A stretch of 52,281 nucleotides of DNA from NCBI GenBank assembly GCA_018882975.1, contig VEQZ01000002.1, positions 1 to 52,281 of the forward strand, given 5' to 3'. The notes below the pieces were generated by a model that was not told the origin of the DNA, made no database searches, and was given only the letters and a program-made list of their open reading frames with translations. Shown piece by piece: positions 13,312-24,655 of this stretch. A program made the translations under genes and the position numbers. Origin of the DNA: Rhodocyclaceae bacterium. Its GTDB lineage: Bacteria; Pseudomonadota; Gammaproteobacteria; Burkholderiales; UBA3065. Every line of letters starts with the position of its first letter. Within the stretch, counting starts at the first letter, position 1.

Positions 13312-13635
13312 GTGCGGCTCGCCACCGTCGTCCTGCTGGCGATGTTCGCGGTGCTGCAGTACACGCTTTGGCTAGGCAAGGGTGGCTGGCTGCGCATCGG
13401 GTCGCTTGAGCGCGACATCGAGGCGCAGGTCGCCCGGCAGATGCAGTTGCGCGAGTCCAACGCCGTCGGCCGCGCCGATGTCGAGGACCTGCGCTCCGGA
13501 CTCGATGCGGTAGAGGAGCGCGCGCGGCGGGAGATCGGCATGGTCCGCAAGGATGAGACCTTCTTCCAGTATCCACAGGCGGAGAGTGGGACAGGCGCTG
13601 CCGGCGCGCCGGACGCGGCGGCGGCCCGAAAATGA
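13312..13635 (+). CDS. ftsB: Cell division protein FtsB
   Basis: 107 aa with a GTG start. It has an N-terminal TM helix (LATVVLLAMFAVLQYTLW), a coiled coil, and EERARREIGMVRKDETFF. It sits in the conserved position directly after eno. Confidence 0.85.
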   Translation: MRLATVVLLAMFAVLQYTLWLGKGGWLRIGSLERDIEAQVARQMQLRESNAVGRADVEDLRSGLDAVEERARREIGMVRKDETFFQYPQAESGTGAAGAPDAAAARK

Positions 13636-13649
13636 CAGGGGAGGTGGCG

Positions 13650-14096
13650 ATGGCAAGGCGAAACGGGTACTTCGGCAAAGGCGCGTCATGCCTCGCGGCG
13701 TCGGCGCTGCTTTGGGCCGGCGCGGCGCAGGCGGTGATGTGGTTTCCGGTCGTTAACGATGATCTGGCTATCATCTCGCTCAATCAGGAGTCGCTGGTGT
13801 CCAAGGGTCGCCGCGTGTCGGCCGAGTTCCAGTACGTCTTCAAGCGCACCGAGACCTTGCCGTATGCCGATGACGAGCGCGCCGACACCTTCAAGCGCAT
13901 GAAGACCTGGCTCGAATTCGACTGCGGGGACGGGACCACGCGTGTCCTTGAGCGCACCCTCATCGGCGAGCGCGGCGACACCGTGGCCGACGGCGTCCCA
14001 GCCTCGCTGCGTGACAAGCGCACCTTGCCAGCGGCCGACAGCCGCGAGGCCACCTTGCGCAAGGTCGCCTGCGGCGGGCTTTACGGCGGCGACTGA
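13650..14096 (+). CDS. Hypothetical small secreted protein (signal peptide; two Cys; possibly surface-adhesin-E-like fold)
   Basis: ORF 13632..14096. ATG 13650 is preceded by GGGGAGG (13637-13643). The N-terminus MARRNGYFGKGASCLAASALLWAGAAQA looks like a Sec signal. The mature part is about 120 aa with ...WLEFDCGDGTTRVLERTL...LRKVACGG. Its stop abuts the next gene's start (TGAGTG). Confidence 0.6.
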   Translation: MARRNGYFGKGASCLAASALLWAGAAQAVMWFPVVNDDLAIISLNQESLVSKGRRVSAEFQYVFKRTETLPYADDERADTFKRMKTWLEFDCGDGTTRVLERTLIGERGDTVADGVPASLRDKRTLPAADSREATLRKVACGGLYGGD

Positions 14097-17021
14097 GTGA
14101 GCGTCGCCGCCGAGGCGAGCGACAGCCCCGGGGCCGGCGAGAGTCCCGAGGCACCGGGTTGCGTGCCACCCGAATCCGCCGGCGGCGGGGTGCCCGGCGC
14201 AGCGCGCGAGGTCGTCCTCGACTTCGACCCCTTCGCCGAGCCCGACGAGGACGGCCTGCAGTCGATCACCGAGGGCTTTGGCGACTACGCCGCCTGGCGC
14301 CGCGCGCGCGGGCTCGAACTGATGGACGCGCAACTGCACGCCGAACGGCTGGCGCGCTGGCGGCAGCGGCCGCGCTTCCTGCTGTTCATGGTCACGGCCG
14401 CCGCCGAGCTGCCGTTGCTGGCGCGCTCGCTCGACAAGCTGCAGCGCCAGCTCTATCAGGACTGGTGCCTGATGGTGGTGTCCGACCAGCCTTCGCCGTC
14501 GCCGCTGTTCGGGTCCGACCCGGCGCTGCAGTGGTGCCAGGTCGGCGACCTCGATGACCACGACGCCGTGAGCGAGGCGCTCAACACCGTCGCCGCCCGC
14601 GCCGGTTTCGACTGGGTGGCGCTGCTGCCAGCCGGCGCCAGCCTCGATGAGAACGCGCTGCTCTCGATCGGCGACCACATCGACCGCCGGCCAGGGTGCG
14701 TCGCCTTCTACACCGACGACGACGAGGTCGACGGCGAGGGGCGGCACAGTCGCCCGCGCCTGAAACCGGACTTCGACATCGACCACCTGCGCGGCCACGA
14801 CTACGTGACGCCGGCCCTCTGGCTCAAGGCCGAGGCCATTGTGGCGCTGGGTGGGCTGGCGCCGCTGGGCCCGGCGAGTGGCTTCGAGTTTCTGCTGCGG
14901 CTGTGGGAGACGGTGGGCGACGGGGGCATCGGCCACATCGCCCACCCGCTGCTGCACCTGCCGGCCGGCACGGCCGACGCCCGGTCACGGCCGGCGCTGG
15001 CGCAAGACTCGACCCTGCACGACGCCGCGGTGATCGCGCATCTCGAGCGGCTCGGCCTGCCGGCAGCTGTCGAGCCCGGTCTGGTCGAGGGCGCTCGTCG
15101 CGTGGTCTGGAACTGGCCGGACGCGCCGCGCGTGACCATCGTCATTCCCACGCGCGACAAGCTCGAGTTCCTCGAGCCGTGTGTCGAGAGCATTTTCGAA
15201 CGCACGCTCTACCGCAATTTCGACCTGCTGCTGGTCAACCACGACAGCCGCGACCTTGACACGCTGGCCTGGTTCGAGCGCATCACCACAGCCCGTCCGG
15301 GCCGCGTGCGGCGCATCGACTTCGGCGGCGAGTTCAACTTTGCCGCGATCAACAACCTGGCCGCCGAGCACTCGGACAGCGAATTTCTCTGTCTGCTCAA
15401 CAACGACACCGAGGTGATCCAGGGCGAATGGCTGTCGCGGCTGGTCGAGCTCGGACAACGCCCGGACGTCGGCGCGGTGGGCGCGCGGCTGGTTTACCCG
15501 GAATCCGGGGAGATCCAGCACGCCGGCTTCGCGCTCGGGCTCGAGCCGGGGGGTGTGGCGGCGTCGCCGGGTGCCGAAAGCATGGGCGTCCGCGATGCCG
15601 GGGCGCTGGCGCGGATGCAGGTGACGCGCGCCTGCTCGGCGGTATCGGCCGCCTGCATGCTGGTGCGTCGCACCGATTACCTTGCCGTGGGCGGTATGGA
15701 CGCCGAGGCGCTGCCCTTGAGCCATGCCGATGTCGACCTCTGTTTGCGTTTGCGACAGGCGGGCCGGCGCGTGCTGTGGACGCCGTTCGCCACGCTGGTG
15801 CACCACGGCGGGGCCTCGCTGAGCCCGCGCCAATTGACGCCGCTGGCGCGCGGCCGCCTGCTCGAGCAGTGGCAGGCAGAGCGCGACGTGATGCTCCGCC
15901 GCTGGCTGCCGCAGATCGCAGCGGACCCCTTCCACAACCGCAATCTCAGCCTGGTCGAGCCTGACCTGCGATTGGAGGCGGTGTTTCGCCCGCCATGGGA
16001 CACCACCTTCCGCGACCGCCGCCGCGTGCTCGGCATCCCGCTCAGCGGCGGCAGCGGCACCTACCGCGTGCGCGAACCCTTCGATGCCCTGGCCGACACC
16101 GGGCAGGTGCACGTCATGTACCCGATCGCGGCGGCGGCACAGATGCGTTTGCCGACCATGGTGGAGGTGGCCCGCCTCGCGCCGGACAGCTTTCTGGTGC
16201 ATGCCCTGCTCAACGACACCTGCCTTGAGCTGCTCGAACACAACCGCCGCATCAACCCAGGCATCCTGCAGGTCTTTGGCCTCGACGACCTGCTGACACA
16301 GATCCCGCAGAAAAGCAGCGTGTGGCGACATTTCACCATGCACTTTCGCGACGCCCGGCCGCGCTTGCGCGCCGCGCTGCGGCACTGCGACCGGTTGATT
16401 GTCTCCACCGACCCGCTGGCCGAACTCTGCCGCGAGATGATCGACGATATCGTGGTGGTGCCCAACCGCCTGTCGAAGGTCTGGCAGGGCCATGCCTCGC
16501 GCCGCAACACGGGCGCCAAGCCGCGCGTCGGCTGGGTCGGCGCCCTGCAGCACCAGGGCGATCTGGAACTCATCGAACCAGTGGTGGAGGCGCTCGCCGG
16601 CGAGGTCGACTTTGTGTTCATGGGCATGGCCACGGCACGCATCCGACCCCATCTGGCTTCTTTCCACGCGCCGGTGTCGTGGGCCGAATACCCGGCCAAG
16701 GTCGCCGCGCTCGATCTCGACATCGCGCTCGCGCCGCTCGAGCCGGTGCCTTTCAACGCGGCCAAGAGCAACCTGCGCCTGCTCGAATACGGCATCTTTG
16801 GCTGGCCAGTGGTGGCTAGCGACGTCTATCCCTACCGCCACGACGATGCACCGGTGACCCGCGTGCCCGACGATCCGGAGGCGTGGATCGCCGCCATCCG
16901 CGTGCTGGCGGCCGACCCGGCGCGGCGCGCGGCCGAAGGCGACGCCCTGCAGGCTTGGGTGAGGCGCGGCTATCTGCTCAAGGACCACCTCGACGACTGG
17001 GCGCGCGCGCTGCTGCGCTAG
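14097..17021 (+). CDS. Multidomain glycosyltransferase: degenerate GT2-like domain + canonical GT2 domain + C-terminal GT-B (GT1/GT4-like) domain
   Basis: 974 aa.
- Domain 1 (about 14360-14970): FLLFMV...LQRQLYQDWCLMVVSD...YTDDDEVDGEGRHSRPRLKPDFDIDHLRGHDYVTPALWL.
- Domain 2 (about 15130-15830): VTIVIPTRDKLEFLEPCVESIFERTLYRNFDLLLVNHDS...FNFAAINNLAA...FLCLLNNDTEV...VGAVGARLVYP...HADVDLCLRLRQAGRRVLWTP.
- Domain 3 (about 16020-17021): RVGWVGALQHQGDLELI...AKSNLRLLEYGIFGWPVVASD.
GC3 is high throughout. The GTG 14097 start is uncertain; in-frame GTGs occur at 14163 and 14190. The YAAWRRAR motif argues the start lies upstream of about 14280. Confidence 0.8.
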   Translation: MSVAAEASDSPGAGESPEAPGCVPPESAGGGVPGAAREVVLDFDPFAEPDEDGLQSITEGFGDYAAWRRARGLELMDAQLHAERLARWRQRPRFLLFMVTAAAELPLLARSLDKLQRQLYQDWCLMVVSDQPSPSPLFGSDPALQWCQVGDLDDHDAVSEALNTVAARAGFDWVALLPAGASLDENALLSIGDHIDRRPGCVAFYTDDDEVDGEGRHSRPRLKPDFDIDHLRGHDYVTPALWLKAEAIVALGGLAPLGPASGFEFLLRLWETVGDGGIGHIAHPLLHLPAGTADARSRPALAQDSTLHDAAVIAHLERLGLPAAVEPGLVEGARRVVWNWPDAPRVTIVIPTRDKLEFLEPCVESIFERTLYRNFDLLLVNHDSRDLDTLAWFERITTARPGRVRRIDFGGEFNFAAINNLAAEHSDSEFLCLLNNDTEVIQGEWLSRLVELGQRPDVGAVGARLVYPESGEIQHAGFALGLEPGGVAASPGAESMGVRDAGALARMQVTRACSAVSAACMLVRRTDYLAVGGMDAEALPLSHADVDLCLRLRQAGRRVLWTPFATLVHHGGASLSPRQLTPLARGRLLEQWQAERDVMLRRWLPQIAADPFHNRNLSLVEPDLRLEAVFRPPWDTTFRDRRRVLGIPLSGGSGTYRVREPFDALADTGQVHVMYPIAAAAQMRLPTMVEVARLAPDSFLVHALLNDTCLELLEHNRRINPGILQVFGLDDLLTQIPQKSSVWRHFTMHFRDARPRLRAALRHCDRLIVSTDPLAELCREMIDDIVVVPNRLSKVWQGHASRRNTGAKPRVGWVGALQHQGDLELIEPVVEALAGEVDFVFMGMATARIRPHLASFHAPVSWAEYPAKVAALDLDIALAPLEPVPFNAAKSNLRLLEYGIFGWPVVASDVYPYRHDDAPVTRVPDDPEAWIAAIRVLAADPARRAAEGDALQAWVRRGYLLKDHLDDWARALLR

Positions 17022-17213
17022 ACCGCCCGCGGCCGGCCGCGCCAAGGTCGGTGGCGAGCATCTGGCTCATGGCGGGCATGGCCCCGGCGCCGACACAGGC
17101 TATCATTCCGCGCGCCCGGGTTCCGTGAGCCTCCGTTCCGCGCGCGCTGGCGCGCCGAGTCGGCGGCCAACCCCAGCGCAGGCCCCGTCCTCTCGCAGCA
17201 TGCACCGCACACC

Positions 17214-19820
<2,607 letters not shown>

Positions 19821-19841
19821 TGGGCCGGTTGGCGGCTTGTT

Positions 19842-20336
19842 TTAAAAGCCGAAATGGAAGCCCGGTGAGTACCGGTAGAAGGGCGAGTAGCCGTAGGGGT
19901 AGCGGCTGAACGCGCGCAGTTCCATCTCGTTGCGCAGACGGCGCAGGTCCTGAACGTGCGCCTGTTCCTGCTGCGCAAGTTTGCCCTTCCAGGTGTCGCC
20001 GAGCGCGTCCAGCTGCCGCTGGTGCAGCCAGTCGAGCACCTCTGGCGGCACACCCGAGGCGAGCAGGCCCGATACGTCGGACGGCTTGATGTCCAGCACG
20101 GTACTGGTGCGGTCAAGCTCGGCGATGATCTCGGAAGGCGTACGTCCATCACGCGTCAGGCGACGCACGTCATCGAGGGTCATCGGGAACACCGTGCGGA
20201 CCGGCGCCGACTGCGACTCGCCCTCGCGTGACAACACGCGGTTGCCATTGGCGGGCGTGGCGCAGGCCTGCAGACCGAGCAACCCGGTACAAACCACCAG
20301 CATGGGCAAGGTTCTCGACCAACGCTCGATTCTCAT
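19842..20336 (-). CDS. Hypothetical lipoprotein with aromatic/Gly-rich C-terminal tail
   Basis: ORF 19842..20375 trimmed to ATG 20336, giving MRIERWSRTLPMLVVCTGLLGLQAC (lipobox LQAC). I recognise no family. The C-terminus is FSRYPYGYSPFYRYSPGFHFGF. Confidence 0.6.
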   Translation of the reverse strand: MRIERWSRTLPMLVVCTGLLGLQACATPANGNRVLSREGESQSAPVRTVFPMTLDDVRRLTRDGRTPSEIIAELDRTSTVLDIKPSDVSGLLASGVPPEVLDWLHQRQLDALGDTWKGKLAQQEQAHVQDLRRLRNEMELRAFSRYPYGYSPFYRYSPGFHFGF

Positions 20337-20448
20337 ACGCCAAGCCTCCGCAGGAACACTGTCCCGAACCGCCACTATCTTTTTGGACAGAGTCGCGAAG
20401 GGTCGGTTCGCCGTGGCGCGAGGCAGGTATCGCCGGCGGGGCGTCGTT

Positions 20449-20541
20449 CACCACGCGCTGGTCGGCGGTGTTGCATCTTCGGGTCACCAAGCCGGCGTGC
20501 TCCATGCGCTCGAGCAGCGCCGTCAATGTGCCCGAATCGAG
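20449..20541 (-). pseudogene. Remnant of a MarR-family transcriptional regulator (recognition helix/wing fragment only)
   Basis: The minus-strand translation is LDSGTLTALLERMEHAGLVTRRCNTADQRVV. This matches the MarR wHTH pattern (l.ld..tlT.ll.rLe..Glv.R.....D.R.v). There is no N-terminal half and no continuation after the wing. The fragment starts 5 codons after the clpB stop, in the same frame. Confidence 0.45.
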
Positions 20542-20556
20542 CCGCAGCCGCCAGCA

Positions 20557-23157
<2,601 letters not shown>

Positions 23158-23191
23158 GATGGCTGGCCTCGTGAACGAGCGGATACCATCA

Positions 23192-23219
23192 ATCTTGGGG
23201 TGCGCCGCCGGATATCAAG
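23192..23219 (-). promoter_or_regulatory. Sigma-32 (RpoH) type heat-shock promoter for clpB
   Basis: The minus strand reads gCTTGATatccggcggcgcaCCCCAAGATt. That is CTTGAT, 13 nt, then CCCCAAGAT, against the consensus CTTGAA-N13/14-CCCCATnT (same spacing as E. coli groE P). The -10 ends about 35 nt upstream of the clpB ATG. Confidence 0.55.
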
Positions 23220-23295
23220 CTGCGGTGCGTCAGGGGCCGGTGGCATACGCGCCAGCGCCGGTCGATCCGGCTGTTTCGATCAGCGCTTGGCCAGC

Positions 23296-23499
23296 TCAGT
23301 GGTGCCCGACGTGCGTCCCGGCCGGCAGCGAGTAGACGGTGCCGCAGTAGGGGCACTTGGCCTCGCCGCCCGGCGCGATCGGCAGGAACACGCGCGGGTG
23401 CGTGTTCCACAGCTTCTGCGAAGGCAGCGGGCAGTGCAGCGGCAGGTCATCGGCTGCAAGGGTGACGTGGGTCTGGTCGAGTTCGGACGGTTTGCTCAT
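23296..23499 (-). CDS. Zinc-finger (zf-CHCC-like) domain protein
   Basis: 67 aa: ...LPLHCPLPSQKLWNTHPRVFLPI..GEAKCPYCGTVYSL. The CHCC metal-ligand pattern resembles the NDUFS6-like zinc finger. This small protein commonly neighbours ilvE in betaproteobacteria. Confidence 0.7.
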   Translation of the reverse strand: MSKPSELDQTHVTLAADDLPLHCPLPSQKLWNTHPRVFLPIAPGGEAKCPYCGTVYSLPAGTHVGHH

Positions 23500-23631
23500 C
23501 TTGGCTCCTGGGGCGACGGTTCGCTTGGCCGCGCTTCGCGACGGCGCGCGATCACGACCAGATGTACCACATTCATGCTTCGGCGCACCGGATTCGAGCG
23601 TCGCCGCACCGGCGCGCTCGCGTGCGCTGAC

Positions 23632-24555
23632 TCAGACCGGCGTCAACCAATGGCCATGGGCGTGGCTGCGGCCGCGCACCACGTCGAAGAACAGCGCCTG
23701 CAGGCGAGTCGTCACCGCGCCTCGGCGGCCGCCGCCGATCTGCCGGTTGTCGAGTTCGCGGATCGGCGTGACCTCGGCGGCGGTGCCGGTAAAGAACGCT
23801 TCCTCGGCGCAATACACCTCGTCGCGCGTGATGCGCTTCTCGACCACCTCGATGCCAAGCTCGCCGGCCAGCGTGATCAGCGTCTCGCGTGTGATGCCCT
23901 CGAGGCAGCTGGTCAGGTCGGGCGTGTAGATGCGGCCCTTCTTGACGATGAACAGGTTCTCGCCGGCGCCCTCCGCCACATAGCCGTCGACGTCGAGCAG
24001 CAGCGCCTCGTCATAGCCCTCGTTCACCACTTCCTGATGGGCGAGGATGCTGTTGGTGTAGGTCGACACCGACTTGGCGCGGCACATGTTCACATTCACA
24101 TGGTGGCGGGTGTAGCTGCTGGTCTTGACGCGGATGCCTTTCTCCAGCGCCTCGGCGCCCAGATAAGTGCCCCACGACCACGCCGCGACGATGAGGTGGG
24201 TGGAGAGCGTGTTTGCAGCGATGCCCATGCCCTCCGAGCCGTAGAACACCAGCGGGCGGATGTAGCCGGCCTCGAGACCGTTGGCTTTCACCGTCTCCCG
24301 GCAGGCTTCCATCACGGTCTGGCGGTCCCAAGGCATCTTCATCTGGAAGATGTGCGCCGAGTTGAACAGGCGCTCGATGTGCTCTTCGAGCCGGAAGATC
24401 GCCGTTGTGCCGGCGTCGGTGCGGTAGGCGCGGATGCCCTCGAAGCAGCCCATGCCGTAATGCAGCGTGTGGGTAAGGACGTGGGTGGTGGCGTCGCGCC
24501 AGGGAACGAGTTTGCCGTCGTACCAGATGTGGCCGTCGCGGTCGGACATCGACAT
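23632..24555 (-). CDS. ilvE: Branched-chain amino acid aminotransferase
   Basis: ORF 23632..24594 trimmed to MSMSDRDGHIWYDGKLVPWRDATTHVLTHTLHYGMGCFEGIRAY. Class IV aminotransferase motifs are present (EGAGENLFIVK, TPIRELD). The longer start would lie inside the predicted -10 box. An alternative ATG is at 24549. Confidence 0.92.
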   Translation of the reverse strand: MSMSDRDGHIWYDGKLVPWRDATTHVLTHTLHYGMGCFEGIRAYRTDAGTTAIFRLEEHIERLFNSAHIFQMKMPWDRQTVMEACRETVKANGLEAGYIRPLVFYGSEGMGIAANTLSTHLIVAAWSWGTYLGAEALEKGIRVKTSSYTRHHVNVNMCRAKSVSTYTNSILAHQEVVNEGYDEALLLDVDGYVAEGAGENLFIVKKGRIYTPDLTSCLEGITRETLITLAGELGIEVVEKRITRDEVYCAEEAFFTGTAAEVTPIRELDNRQIGGGRRGAVTTRLQALFFDVVRGRSHAHGHWLTPV

Positions 24556-24592
24556 GATGGGGGAGCCTGCGTGCGCGTTTGACAAGCGCGGC

Positions 24593-24601
24593 ATTCTAGC
24601 A
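24593..24601 (-). promoter_or_regulatory. Candidate extended -10 promoter (TGcTAGAAT) for ilvE
   Basis: The minus strand reads cgccTGcTAGAATgcc, about 38 nt upstream of the ilvE ATG. No good -35 is present, consistent with an extended -10 type promoter. Confidence 0.4.
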
Positions 24602-24655
24602 GGCGCCGTCCGGCGGGCGCGGCCGGCACCGCCGAAGCGGCTGCGCCATCGCCCC

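Noticed and set aside
13686-17045. Minus-strand ORFs 13686..14957 (423 aa) and 14985..17045 (686 aa) antisense to the secreted-protein/glycosyltransferase pair.
   Set aside because: I considered whether the plus-strand calls were the artefact. The plus frame carries clear GT2 and GT-B motifs and a signal peptide. The minus frames are Arg/Gly/His/Val-rich with no motifs.
24578-24603. Plus-strand TTGACA ... TAGCAG pair near the ilvE start.
   Set aside because: The spacer is only 12 nt, and no plus-strand gene lies downstream. The same region reads as an extended -10 (TGcTAGAAT) on the minus strand in front of ilvE, which makes more sense.
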